The notes beneath the pieces are model-generated. The model saw nothing but the letters and a program-made list of their open reading frames with translations. It searched no databases and was not told the origin of the DNA. Positions 23,190 through 34,841 of a stretch of 64,000 nt of DNA are shown piece after piece (the stretch's first letter is position 1; each line of letters starts with the position of its first letter). The position numbers and the translations under genes are program-made. Origin of the DNA: Mayamaea pseudoterrestris (Eukaryota); the NCBI GenBank assembly GCA_027923505.1, contig BROI01000004.1, forward strand, positions 496,001-560,000. Direction: 5' to 3'.

Positions 23190-26100
23190 TTACTTCTTTT
23201 TGGTCCGTTTGGGTGCTGCGGCACTTTTTGCCTTTGGCGCTGCCTTTTTCTTTGCAGCACCAGCTGCGGGTGCTGCTCGCCCTCGCTTCTTCTTCCCGAA
23301 CAAAGCTTTAATCTTGGCTTCATCCATTTCATCATCGTCGTCGTCTTCCTCCGCTTCTTCCGCTACAGCATCGTCGTCAATCGCATCAGGATCCATCGAC
23401 TCGCCGCTTCCATTTGAAGCCTTCGCACGCTTCTTCTTTCCGGCGCCTTGCTCCGCAACAAGAGCCTGGCTTGTATGCGTGCGTTGATTGTAAATGCGCG
23501 TAAACTCGGACTTTTTCTTTGTGTCAAGCTTCTCAAATTTCGTCTGCTTGGAGTCGAGAAGAAATTCATCAAGCTTCTCCATAACATCGTCTCTGTCTAA
23601 GCCGTACGTGTCCATAATGTCAATAGCTTCATCAGCGCCGCCTTCTTTCTGTAACGCAGTCATAATCTCATTACGTAAAACTGGCAAGTACCATGAACGA
23701 AGCTCTTGCATCGTCCCGCTGATTTTGAAGTTTGTATGGTGGCGGAGCTCACTCAACATTCGCGACTTCTTTCCTTTTGTCGAGTTTCGTCCCAGATATG
23801 TTGTGAACTCGGGGTAGCCTGGAAGAAAACCTCCGCGCTCTCCCGCTGCGTGGAACCCAGTTTTGACCGTTAAAAGTCCCGAAAATGGCAAAAGACTCCA
23901 GTTTTGATCGCCGCGTAGAGCAGCTTCAGCAACCGCGTAGTCAGACAAAGTATCGGCGGCAGCATGCATGCGCTCCAACACATTCTGAACCTCTACTTTG
24001 TTGTTCATGCGCTTCGCCTCACCGTAAGGATGTTGTAGCAGCTTCAAATAGTTCTGTTGCACAATCAAGCCAATAAAGTTGTAGTCAACAAAGAACGCGT
24101 CGTTTCGCTTGAAGAAATTGTCGCGCTGGGATTTTTTGTCCTCACCCTTTGGGCCTTCAAGGATCATTTTTGCCGCATCAAACAAACTAACTCGAAGCAT
24201 CTCATCTTTGTTGGTTGTTTTCTCGCGCGCACGTACACCCTTGTAGGTCATGGCAGAGTTGCCCTTATTACTATTCGCCCACATCTGCAAGCAGTTGATA
24301 ACTTGACGGACATCGTTGCCGCACGACTCAGCAATCGCTTCTGCCGCATTCTGTTCAACTATCATACCTTCGCGGCGAGCGATCTCCAATGCTCGCTTTG
24401 CAATAACGCCTTTAACAGGTCGACGACAGCGAAGGTCCAAGCAGTACGGAATCAGGCTCTTCATCTTTTGGTTCTGTCGATCGTTGCAAATGCAAATAAT
24501 TGGGACACGGCTGTGTTTGATCAGCTGGATGAGCTCGGCCATACCGCCTCTATCACCCCCTCCCATTCCATCTACCTCGTCCATGATAATCACACGCTTT
24601 TTTCGAGTCGCTTCGGTGAACCGTTTATTGTTCACCCCAAACTCTAGTGTACGCGAGCCCGTCACGTCGCCAATGTCATTGCCCAAGGACTTTTTGGATC
24701 GAACATCGGATGCATTGAACTCGATCACGTCACGCCCTGCCTCATTGGCGACCACCAGCGCAGATGTGGTTTCTGTGGAACGACAGATAAATTGATGTTA
24801 AGATGCATACTAAAACGGAAAAATGAAACGATACAAAATTGTACTCACTGCCAATGCCCGGTGGACCAGATAGAAGAGCAGCCTTCCAAGGACCTTGCGG
24901 ATTCGAAAACGCCTTGCCATACGACTGCGGGTTATTGAATCGGGTCTCCCATCGCTCCAACCATGCGGCAAGCTTGCGCGCCACGTCGGTATTACCAAGA
25001 ATATCGCCAGTCGAGCTTGGTTTGTACTTGTCGACCCAAAGCTGGTTCGTATCGTCTGTAGTCGCAATCGCTGCAGGTTTGCAGTCTTTTAATGCGACGT
25101 TACTCACGGATGTTGATGCGGTGGGCCCTGCAGACGCATCCGAGTTGCGACTGCGCGCGTACGGATTGTTTGTCATCGGTTTCTTGGCGTAAGGATTCGG
25201 CAGTGCGTACGGATTCGGAATGGGTTTCGCAGCTGTAGCAGCCGTTGCGGATTGGTCGTTCCCTGGCTTGGTGTCAGCCACTTGCATAGATGAAGAGTGC
25301 GCCGCGGCTAGTGCAACAACTGGACTTGACGACACACTCAGCGGGGGCAATCCATCTCTTTGTCTTGCCTTTTCATCATACTGCAGAATCAAACCATACA
25401 ATTCTTCTTCGCCTTTCACAATAATAATATCCTTCTCCATAGCTGCCTTGTACTTGGAACCCTCTGTGTAGGGGCGACCATCCTCCAAAACGTCGCCAAC
25501 AATGAGATAGTCAGTCTTTCCACTCACGGCTCCCGTCACTCTGCCGCCCAGCGTCTTGATGAGTTCCTGACAATCGTCTCGCGCCAAGTTCGCCAACACT
25601 CCGGAACAAACAAAGGTGTAATCCTTGAGACACTCCGACACCAACGCGTCTGGATCAATGCTGGTTGCCGTCCGCGACGGCTGCAACGGAGGGTCACGCT
25701 GTGGCTTCTTGGCGCTGGATGCTGGCGTCTTTCGTTTCGGTGATGTCTTTTTGGCGGATGCAGTCTTTTTGGGACTTGGTTGGTAGTCTTTTTCGTCGTC
25801 GTCGCCATGGTCGTCCTCTTGATAGTTGACTGCAGCTGCGACTCTCTTGCGAGCTTTGCTGGTTGGTGTTGCCTGCTTGTCAATGACAGACGACTCAACA
25901 TCCGCAGTCGCCTCCGCACTCATTTTAGCGTCTATCGATTCTTTCAAAGCCTTTTTGACGGCTGCTTTTCGAGGCGATTCAGTCTTTGGTTTCTTGGTGG
26001 GAGATTCCTTGAAAAAATCTGCGGCGGAAACGTCAGCCCGATCAATCGTCCTTTTGGCGGCAGCGGAACTTCGTTTTCCAGTCGATGACGGCTTTACCTC

Positions 26101-26355
26101 GACTGCTTTCACTTGCGGCTCGTCATCATTCTCTGACTCGCTATCGTCAATCACCAGTGACCGCTTGGCCTTTGGCTTGGACTCGTGTTCGACCGGCGCT
26201 GCCTTCTTTTTTTCCTGCCTCATGGCTCGAGCTACGGCAGCCGTCGGCGCAATCGGAGAGGAAACTGATTTAGACTTTTCGCTGGTTGTTTCAGATTTTG
26301 CTTCGGTTTTCTTCGCCTTGAAGAAGCTACGAATATCCATCTTTTTTGGCGGCAT
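23190..26355 (-). CDS. RFC1: Replication factor C subunit 1; intron 24773..24848
   Basis: MDIRSFF PIP-like start, BRCT domain (GGRVTGAVSGKTDYL), LWVDKYKP, GPPGIG|KTT and MDEVDGM. Confidence 0.96.
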
Positions 26356-26911
26356 GTTGACGATTGAAGCGCCGTTCAAGGTGCAAGCAGGCGATGCGGA
26401 AACTTGCTGGCTGTATATTATCTCCAAAACCAATGGATAACTACAAGTTGAGCAATGAATCTCGTTTCTGATTATTGATGTAGCACAAGCTTTAAAGCTA
26501 AAGGGAAGAGATGGCACGAGGAAAGGTGCGTTGCCATGGCGATGCGCGACGAATCCACCACCGCCGCACAAGCTCATGTCGCATCGGTTTCGCCGTTCTC
26601 CCACAATCCTTAATATGGATCAGCCTTTCCTTTCTACCTACCGGAATGGTGTAATAGAAGTCAATGATGTATTAAACAAGTAAAATCATGCTTGCATTCG
26701 CAGCCTTCTGGTATCACAAAAGATTAATGGGGCATGTGATATTATTGGTCCAGGTTGCTTCATATTATCGTTTTTTCTCATCTAATGTCGATCATCTCTA
26801 CCGTACATCTTACGATACGCACTCCTAGTTTAAACAAGTAGTTTACTAAAGTATATTGCACCGATTATTGACTGACAGACACTCCTCCAGCATGAGCATA
26901 TTCACTCTTCA

Positions 26912-27291
26912 TCATGCAGCGCTAACGTTTTCGGGCGATGGACCCGCTCCACCAGGCACCAAGACAGCAATCTGGTTTCCATTCAGCAGTATCTCGGTAT
27001 GAAGCTCCGTCTTGATGTACTTGTTAACGTTGTGAGGGTCTGGACTGTATTCAATGGCTTCATCTAACACCAGGTTCACTAAACGAAACGCGAGGAAACG
27101 TTGGATGAGCCGACGCGATTGCCAACAAACCTACGCCACGCAACGCCATGATCTGCAACAATTATCGACTCACCGTAATCATCAAAACCTCTCAGAGTCC
27201 CCACAATCTCCTTACTGCCTCGCATGAGAATCCATATCTGCGATCCAATGGCCTTGTCAATGAGCTCGAGTGGCAGCAAGCGAGTCGTCAT
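26912..27291 (-). CDS. LSM5: U6 snRNA-associated Sm-like protein LSm5; intron 27079..27173
   Basis: LPLELIDKAIGSQIWILM..GTLRGFDDY|VNLVLDEA..ILLNGNQIAVLVPGG; 94 aa. Confidence 0.95.
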
Positions 27292-27378
27292 GCTAAAAAG
27301 ATGGCTCGTTGGTAAAAGCTTGCAATTTTTTATCGCTCAAAAGCAACGTATGCTACAGAAGGATTGACAGCAAGTATG

Positions 27379-27422
27379 TTGCTCAGTATCAGTAGACTGA
27401 TTGCTCAGTATTAGTAGACTGA
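27379..27422. repeat. 22-bp tandem duplication
   Basis: TTGCTCAGTATCAGTAGACTGA followed by TTGCTCAGTATTAGTAGACTGA. Confidence 0.85.
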
Positions 27423-27654
27423 TAATGGGGATCGATCACCAACAACACCAAGGAATGAAACGATGCGTGGAAACGGAGCTTGCGAATATGTCATAACGGT
27501 ACTAAGAGTAAGGCCCCGTTGCTCAGCTATGTTGCACTGGCCAGGTCGAGTAAGCGCCGTTTCCATGTACCGACGAATCCTTTATAGCATAACTTAAACA
27601 CGAGCATAGTACACAATATCTTGCTTGGCTAGAGTTTGTTGATAATGTCAGTTT

Positions 27655-28680
27655 TCAGCGCCTCGTCGAGTCATCAGGAAGTAGGAAATCCCATCCCCAC
27701 CAGTCGGAGGAGGGTGTCTCATTGTAAAGTTGCTCATACTCAACTACCCGCTCAGTCAACGTGGACCCTGCATATCTGCTTCCAGGTATGCATGATGCTT
27801 CATGAATAAAAGACGTCAAGGGAAACCTTGGAGCCATTGCCAATCGAAAATCATAAGTCTGGGAAAGGTCCACATAACCCCATGTGTAGCCATCGTCGAC
27901 ATACAAGTCGCATGGCCTGTTTGACGGGTGAGAAAGAACCCAGTGCTCCGCAGAAAATCTGTCAAGGCCGTAGCACCACGGTACATTGGTCGCATGGGCC
28001 TCATCAAAGGATGTCACCTGCCCCATCCTAGCTAGGAACTTGTTCGGATTGATCAGCCGACGAATATACTCACATCGTGCCATCCACATGTTGCCCGGCA
28101 CATGCGGATGAGGAAGGGGTGACATACGAGAGGAGCACACGTTGCACGTATCGGGTAAGTCCAGGCATTGTTGCGAGAGTGCACCGGTCGTGAGAAACCG
28201 TCGCATAATGTCATTCTCGGTGGAGGGATGAAATGATCCCTTGGAGTGCAGGTATATCACTTTGGAACTAGGTTCAAGTTGACAGTATTCCCACAAAGAG
28301 TGCAGAGTGGCTTCTTCTGTGCCTCGTTCATGCTGCTCCAACAATGTTGTGTTTGGAATAGCGAGTGGATAACCAATGGAATGGACGTAGACTTTATGCT
28401 CGGGAAGCAAGGAGGCAAATTGTTCTTCCACGATTTGTGCAACTCTAGAGACTTGTGAAGCGTCAGAGACAAAAAGGTTGTAAAAGACTGGTACAACTTT
28501 ATCGTCCGATGTCTCGACAGTCGTATTATTCGAGTCGGATGCCACGTTCGATGTGCAATCACGATAATATTCTTGCAAACGCAAACTTGCAATCCCTGCC
28601 AATTGAGTAAAACAAATTCCAATGATTCCAGCGATCAAAGTAACAATAATGAGCCTCGGGGGCTTTTTCTCGATATTCAT
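27655..28680 (-). CDS. Type II membrane protein, putative glycosyltransferase-like (YLHSKG family)
   Basis: N-terminal transmembrane helix; E..TLHSLWEYC, VIYLHSKGS, GNMWMARCEY and AEHWV motifs. Confidence 0.7.
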   Translation of the reverse strand: MNIEKKPPRLIIVTLIAGIIGICFTQLAGIASLRLQEYYRDCTSNVASDSNNTTVETSDDKVVPVFYNLFVSDASQVSRVAQIVEEQFASLLPEHKVYVHSIGYPLAIPNTTLLEQHERGTEEATLHSLWEYCQLEPSSKVIYLHSKGSFHPSTENDIMRRFLTTGALSQQCLDLPDTCNVCSSRMSPLPHPHVPGNMWMARCEYIRRLINPNKFLARMGQVTSFDEAHATNVPWCYGLDRFSAEHWVLSHPSNRPCDLYVDDGYTWGYVDLSQTYDFRLAMAPRFPLTSFIHEASCIPGSRYAGSTLTERVVEYEQLYNETPSSDWWGWDFLLPDDSTRR

Positions 28681-29593
28681 GGAAAAAGGTTCTGCCAGAC
28701 GCTCGTAGCGAATGGACCCACAAGAATTTCGATAGGTGTGCGTGTGTGACTTTTGACTTTGTGACTATTTTTTAAGGGGCGAAAACTATCGCCCTTTTCA
28801 TGACGCAAAATTCGACCATGGCGCGGCGGGAGTTACAGACCGCCGCCCCTTGCGAGCGTCTTCCACTCCACAGTTCCTTTACGAAACGATACCGTAGTGT
28901 AGAGCCCTATTGATGATCTCTAAATTAAAGTCAAGTGGAGAACGATGCGAATCATAGTTCCAGGTAAGGCGCTCATTTTTCCATCAGATGCTGTGCAACT
29001 GCTGGAGCAAATCTACCGGTAATTTCGAGTCTTTGTCGGCATCATCCGCGTGCTTACAGTAATCATCGTCTCTGTGCGCTGAGCAAACCTATTGATCTAA
29101 GTGCAAAATTTGCTTCGCGCTCTATCCATGATTCTCAAGGGCGCTCGCTGCTCACTTGTCAGGAAGTCAATGATGACTAACGAATGTTGACCACAGGGCG
29201 TTTATAAATGACAATGACACTGCCAGGCAGCTGACGCCGCAAGACAAAGACTCCCGGTAGTACCATTCTTGCCTCTTGGCAACTTAAAGCAGCGTAAATG
29301 ACGTCTACCGGTAGAGTGATTGGCTGCCGCGTGACCTACAGTAGATCAGTATGTCGACTCGGCCAATCACACGACTTCCAGTAGACTGACAGCTACGATG
29401 CTTAACATAAGAAATGATTTTCTCTAACTTTAATATAACCTATTAAGCGACAACAGAGCTGTATAGCCATGAGCGACAACAAACAAAGCCTTAGACGATG
29501 ACGCTCCAAAGCTCTTCCCCTTGTGATGTAAAACTGAATGTGCAGAATGCTCAAACTCTTGTAATTTTGTATCTTCTATTGCAAATAACCTTG

Positions 29594-31915
29594 CTAGTGT
29601 GATCTGCCATCGCCGAAGCCTCCAAGAACAATCGAGTCGGCAAACTCACTGGCTGGAGCAATAATTGGAATGCCGTAGTCCATTTGGACGGCGCTGGCAG
29701 TAGGGGCCATCATGGCCATGGCGCTCGACGCTGTGCTCTTGTCAATCTGTTGCATCCAAATGCGGGTCTTGTACATGGAAAACAAGTCGCGGACAAGTTC
29801 GCGAAAATCAACCCGGCCCTCAGCTTCGAAGAAGAATGTTAACTTGTGACGATCAAATTGATACTCAGCATCAATGACGTGCATTGGCAAGCCCCTTTGC
29901 CTGACCTTTGCACGACATATTCTAAGCAGCTCGTCTTCTTCTTCGCGCTTCAAGGACAACAAAGAAACCTCGTCATGCGTTGCAAGTCGGTTGATACGCT
30001 TCAAGTCAGCGGCACCGGAACCCATGCCAGCCGACGGTGGCCCAAACCCTCCACGTCCGCCAGAATGGTTGTACTTGTCCGCCGAAACCTTGCCGACAAC
30101 AATTCCAAGGTCTTCGCCGCGGTCAGCCTCGACCTTGACGTACGTCCCGATCTTCAAGTCTCGATTGATGCGTGGTCCCAGTACGAAATTGCGTTGCGTT
30201 CGTTTAAACTTGACGGCAAACACTACCTTAGGCATCGGCAAAATCGATCCAGTAGATCCAAAGTGCATATCCGAGTACGAAGGGAGCTGCTCCAAAGACA
30301 TGGAATGGCCATGACTCGGGTAATGAGACCCGGCATGCTGCGTATTGCCAAACATGTCACTTTGGTAATCGTCATAGTCAGGCACGTCAATGTGCTCCCC
30401 AATGAGTGGATGTGACAACTCTTCGTCGCCGTGAAAGTGTTGCCGCGGCACTTTACCGACTCCTGACCGAGGCACCCCACCCATTGACATGGGGGAGGAT
30501 GATAACATTGTACTCCCACCGTCACTCGACTGTCGGCTATGAGCGCTGTAGTACATTGGAACTGGACTGTGACCGGGCGAAATCATGCTCGGTGACGGAA
30601 ACGCTCGCATGTCTTCCGCCAACGCAATGATTGACCCCTGGCTGTGACTATGTGGACTCCCATAGTAGTCATTGCCTCGAACGTTGTGCAGCTGGCCGTG
30701 GCTTATCGACTGATTCAAGTTGGGCGCCGAACCTCGTCTCTGATTTGGATAGCCCTCGTATGATGCTGCCAATGATGGATACGATTGGCTAGCTTGTTGA
30801 GACTTGGATCGAAAGTCGCCGCCAGAATAGGAATGCCCTTCATTTGACAAATTTTGCTGGTAGTATCTTTGATCCATGCGCGGAGGAATCTGGCCAGCTG
30901 GCATGGGTTGCGAGACCGACCTAATGTGACGCGGCCGTTCTAGCTGTTCACCGCCATTGGCATAGCCACCCATTCGTTGCTGCTGCATATGCGAACCAAG
31001 AGTTGGCAGTGAACCAAACTTTTGCGAAAACCCCATGGAGTCTGAAGCAGCATACGGATTGTAAAAGTTGTCACCACTCGATGCTCGGCGACGGTTCATG
31101 CCAAAGTCATTCGACGCTGGCCGAAACTCTTGGGCCGTCCCCGACCGGCCTCCGACAGCTCCGTAATTGGATTCAAAACTAGCGTCACTTCCTGTGCTAC
31201 GATTCGACGAAAAGCCCAAACTGCGATCGCCATGAGCCGACGCTCCTTCTTGGTATGACTGGGAGAGGGGCGGACGATCGCGAGGATTTGATGCTGGTCG
31301 TCCTTGGTAAACACCTTCAGAAGCATGAGCCGCGACATGTCCGCGGGGTCCTCCAATCACTGGCGGCGACGAAGATAAAACTGGAAGTGGGCCAGGAGAA
31401 GAGTATGATCGATCTCGAAGCGCTCCAAGCCCGTGCAAGCCGTCATTGTCGTTCCCAGCGAGGTCAAAGCTTCCAAAACCTCCATTGTCGCTGCCTCTAC
31501 GGTGAGCTCCCTGTAGAAACGGCAAAGCAGGAACTCCTCCGCCAAGACTCTGCCAATCTGTGTTCCCATCGACCGAAGAGTTTGGTGTAAGAGACATCAA
31601 TGGGGAGGTTGCTGCTGTATTCTTTGACGAGTGTCCCTGCGCTTTGCCGATCGGTGATGGATGCGGCCCAAATCCACCAGGTCCTCGTCCAATTCCGGCC
31701 TTGCCATTATCTGTGTCCGGCGATGACGGATCAGATCCCCTATACGGTTTCGTATGCTGCAGCAGTTCCGCTGGCGGAGAGGCGGACAGTGATGCTGCTG
31801 CCGTGGATCCAGAAGGTCCGCTAGAATTTTGCCTTCCTTCGTTCGTCAACGACATGCCCATCATTCCGTTTTCTAAGCTCCTCGAGCCCACGCTATGATC
31901 CGAGCTGGAAAGCAT
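29594..31915 (-). CDS. PSP1 C-terminal domain protein with long disordered N-terminus
   Basis: VKVEADRGEDLG, DAEYQFDRHKLTFFF and VDFRELVRDLFSMYKTRIWM. Confidence 0.92.
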   Translation of the reverse strand: MLSSSDHSVGSRSLENGMMGMSLTNEGRQNSSGPSGSTAAASLSASPPAELLQHTKPYRGSDPSSPDTDNGKAGIGRGPGGFGPHPSPIGKAQGHSSKNTAATSPLMSLTPNSSVDGNTDWQSLGGGVPALPFLQGAHRRGSDNGGFGSFDLAGNDNDGLHGLGALRDRSYSSPGPLPVLSSSPPVIGGPRGHVAAHASEGVYQGRPASNPRDRPPLSQSYQEGASAHGDRSLGFSSNRSTGSDASFESNYGAVGGRSGTAQEFRPASNDFGMNRRRASSGDNFYNPYAASDSMGFSQKFGSLPTLGSHMQQQRMGGYANGGEQLERPRHIRSVSQPMPAGQIPPRMDQRYYQQNLSNEGHSYSGGDFRSKSQQASQSYPSLAASYEGYPNQRRGSAPNLNQSISHGQLHNVRGNDYYGSPHSHSQGSIIALAEDMRAFPSPSMISPGHSPVPMYYSAHSRQSSDGGSTMLSSSPMSMGGVPRSGVGKVPRQHFHGDEELSHPLIGEHIDVPDYDDYQSDMFGNTQHAGSHYPSHGHSMSLEQLPSYSDMHFGSTGSILPMPKVVFAVKFKRTQRNFVLGPRINRDLKIGTYVKVEADRGEDLGIVVGKVSADKYNHSGGRGGFGPPSAGMGSGAADLKRINRLATHDEVSLLSLKREEEDELLRICRAKVRQRGLPMHVIDAEYQFDRHKLTFFFEAEGRVDFRELVRDLFSMYKTRIWMQQIDKSTASSAMAMMAPTASAVQMDYGIPIIAPASEFADSIVLGGFGDGRSH

Positions 31916-32759
31916 GGCAATCAAAACTGGCGTGAGACACCAAAGTCTAACGTGAATACGATCGGTCAAACAGGCACATGCAAATCGGCCGAAAAAGGGC
32001 AGCTGAAACTTGGACAAGACGGACACCGCCGTCGCGCGCAAGCGTCGACTGCGACATAATTAGCCGAACCGATGCAAGAATACTTAGACGGCAACGGACG
32101 ATGGACAGACCATTGACGAGCCGGCTTGACCATGGGAAAACATTGCGTTCAATGGCAAAATCAAGCTGATGGTCTACTCTATCATTGTGAAACAGTCTAA
32201 AACCATATCTTAGTTGCTGCGGCAATGGATTGTCGCTTTGAAACGGCGAAAAACCGCCAACTGGAAAGCGTTCTGGAGCACAGAATTCCGGGCTTCACGC
32301 TGCCGTTGCGTGTCAACGCTCGGACTGCCGTTTTCCTGCACCTACCTCTGTTGCTCTTCGGGCCACTCGTGGATATTTAAGGCAGGCTCCTCATGAGCCG
32401 CCATGATGAAGGGAGGCGATATGGTTGTAATGATTTCTTAGCAACTCATGCAGGCGGTTGCTGTTGCTGCACTCTGCCTTGTTGCTCGCTGCGTCGGATT
32501 CGTGTCACTGTCAGCCTGTAAAACACCATCTCTAAGTAGTCGTTCCAATCGAAAATTTGGCGCGAGGTTCTTCGATCTTTTTACTATTGTTTAAACTGTA
32601 CAACAGGTGCTCTTACTCCAGTTGTGAGTACCGGAACGTCGTTCTTGGCCAACATCCGACGCGCCGATGTGCCAAAGCGATGAGTCACTCCTCTGATTAC
32701 TTTCTTCGTTGGTCAACCATGGTGTACCGGTAGAGATTACAATATCAACATTTATTACC

Positions 32760-34736
32760 ATGAAACACTGCTCGTTCATCCTATTGCAGATCTTGATTGC
32801 GCAGCAGCGGCATTGTGTTCAGGGATTCTCATGGGGCGGCACGAGACGATCCGTTTCGACAATCGGTCGATACAGTGCTGGTGCAAAGTTATCAGCCCCA
32901 CGTCAAGCAAGCTGTCTTTCAATGTCAACGGAGTCAGAGCCAGAACCACCTTCAGATGTTGAACAGCCGTTCGAGGGCAGTGTGCAGAGGGACGGTGCTG
33001 TTCAAACACCAGAATCGCAGGCCATGAAATGGTCTCGAGAGGAATCATCTAGAGTTGAACCTGCTAATGCCATTAATAAGCGAAAGAAGTATGTTGTGAT
33101 TGGTGCCGGTTGGGCCGGATGGGGTGCGGCCAAAGCTTTGTGCGAAAGCGGCATAGATGCCGATGTTACAATCCTTGATGCTTTGCCAGATCCGACTGGA
33201 AAGACACCTTATTTATCAAAAACGGGCAAGCCTGTCGAACCTGGAACAAGAGGCCTCTGGTTGGAATATCCAAACATTAATGCACTTTGCGCTCAGCTGG
33301 GACTGGCGGAGAATGATGTGTTTACAGAGTTTACCGAGTCGAGCTTTTACTCGCCGGATGGTTTGGAGGTTTCGGCACCAGTCTTTTCAAATGCGAGCCT
33401 TCCTGATTTTGGTAACGTGCCGTTTTTGTCTGCGCTGTCGAACCAAAGGATCCCCAACACGTTGCCATCGCCCTTGGGACAGGTATTAGCAACGTTTCCA
33501 CTTTTCGAACGCCTTCCGCTCTCCGACCGAGCGTCCATGTTTGGTCTCTTGGTCGCCGCTGTCGATTGCTTGGCAGGCGACGAGAAGACACAGGCTGCGT
33601 ACGATCGCATGACGGCGCATGAGTTATTTATACGGTTCAAACTATCTCCTCGTTTGATTGGCGATATTCTTGGGCCAACGCTGCTCGTCGGCTTGTTTAA
33701 ACCACCGGAAGAGCTCAGTGCGTTGGTTGTAATGGAGCTACTTTACTACTACGCGCTGGCACACATGAACAGCTTTGATGTTCGTTGGATCAAGAATGGT
33801 ACTGTCAGCAACTCGTTGGTGGCGCCGCTAGCAACCAGACTGGTTGAGAAACACAATATGACTGTTCTCGGTGGAAGTCGCGTCACAAGAATAAGCTTGA
33901 CCGACAAGGACGCATATGGCAAACAAAGCGTGTCTACAATCGCATACCAGGACTCGAAGGGGGCCACGCAAAATATTAGTGATATCGATGGCGTCGTGTT
34001 GGCCTTGTCAAGCAAGGGCATGAAGAGCGTTGTAACGGGTTCGCCTGACTTGGCTCGTTATAACGTGTTTTCGAAAGCTGCCTCCTGCAAGGGGATTGAC
34101 GTGATATCCGTCCGTTTGTGGCTAGACAAGGTCATACCGACTCGCACTCCCGCTAATGTTTTTGCTCGCTTTGAGGAGCTTCGTGGAGCTGGCGGAACAT
34201 TCTTCATGCTGGATCAGTTGCAATCCGAGCACTTGACGGAACTATGGGGCGGCGACACACCGCAGGGGTCAGTCGTGGCGTGCGATTTCTACAATGCCGA
34301 AGCGCTACTATCGGTCCCCGAAGAAGACATCATCAAGACGCTCATGCAGGATTTGTTGCCGTCTGCAGTTCCAGAGTTCGCGAATGCTCGCGTGGTTGAC
34401 AGTTGGGTTGGTAAGTTTGAGGGAGCTGTCTCGTGGTTTGCTCCTGGTAGCTTTGGCAAACGTCCGCCTCTGCAGGGCATTCCTCAGATTCCCAATTTAA
34501 AGTGCGCTGGAGACTGGGTACGCATGGGTGATCGCGAGCATGGCAGTAAAGGCTTATGCCAGGAGAGAGCTTACGTTACTGGTTTGGAAGCAGCTAATCT
34601 GCTGCTGCAAGAGACAGCGGTTGTGAGCAAGGCGCATCCCGTCTTGCCTGTCCGTGACGATGAGATCCAGTTCAAGGCCGCAGTCGCTTTGAATCAAAAA
34701 GTGATGAAGTTCTTGCCGAGATTTTGGGTGAGATAA
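32760..34736 (+). CDS. Plastid-targeted FAD-dependent oxidoreductase (amine oxidase / carotenoid desaturase-like)
   Basis: Signal peptide ending VQG-F plus transit peptide; VVIGAGWAG, CAGDWV and CQERAYVTGLEAAN. Confidence 0.85.
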   Translation: MKHCSFILLQILIAQQRHCVQGFSWGGTRRSVSTIGRYSAGAKLSAPRQASCLSMSTESEPEPPSDVEQPFEGSVQRDGAVQTPESQAMKWSREESSRVEPANAINKRKKYVVIGAGWAGWGAAKALCESGIDADVTILDALPDPTGKTPYLSKTGKPVEPGTRGLWLEYPNINALCAQLGLAENDVFTEFTESSFYSPDGLEVSAPVFSNASLPDFGNVPFLSALSNQRIPNTLPSPLGQVLATFPLFERLPLSDRASMFGLLVAAVDCLAGDEKTQAAYDRMTAHELFIRFKLSPRLIGDILGPTLLVGLFKPPEELSALVVMELLYYYALAHMNSFDVRWIKNGTVSNSLVAPLATRLVEKHNMTVLGGSRVTRISLTDKDAYGKQSVSTIAYQDSKGATQNISDIDGVVLALSSKGMKSVVTGSPDLARYNVFSKAASCKGIDVISVRLWLDKVIPTRTPANVFARFEELRGAGGTFFMLDQLQSEHLTELWGGDTPQGSVVACDFYNAEALLSVPEEDIIKTLMQDLLPSAVPEFANARVVDSWVGKFEGAVSWFAPGSFGKRPPLQGIPQIPNLKCAGDWVRMGDREHGSKGLCQERAYVTGLEAANLLLQETAVVSKAHPVLPVRDDEIQFKAAVALNQKVMKFLPRFWVR

Positions 34737-34841
34737 AGTTACTTCATAACGTAATTTAATTAACAGCAAAGCTCATCTACAATGTACTTGTGCGAGAGAG
34801 AAAGGGTACATACACTTCCGCAATCAAGTTGTTCAAATTAG

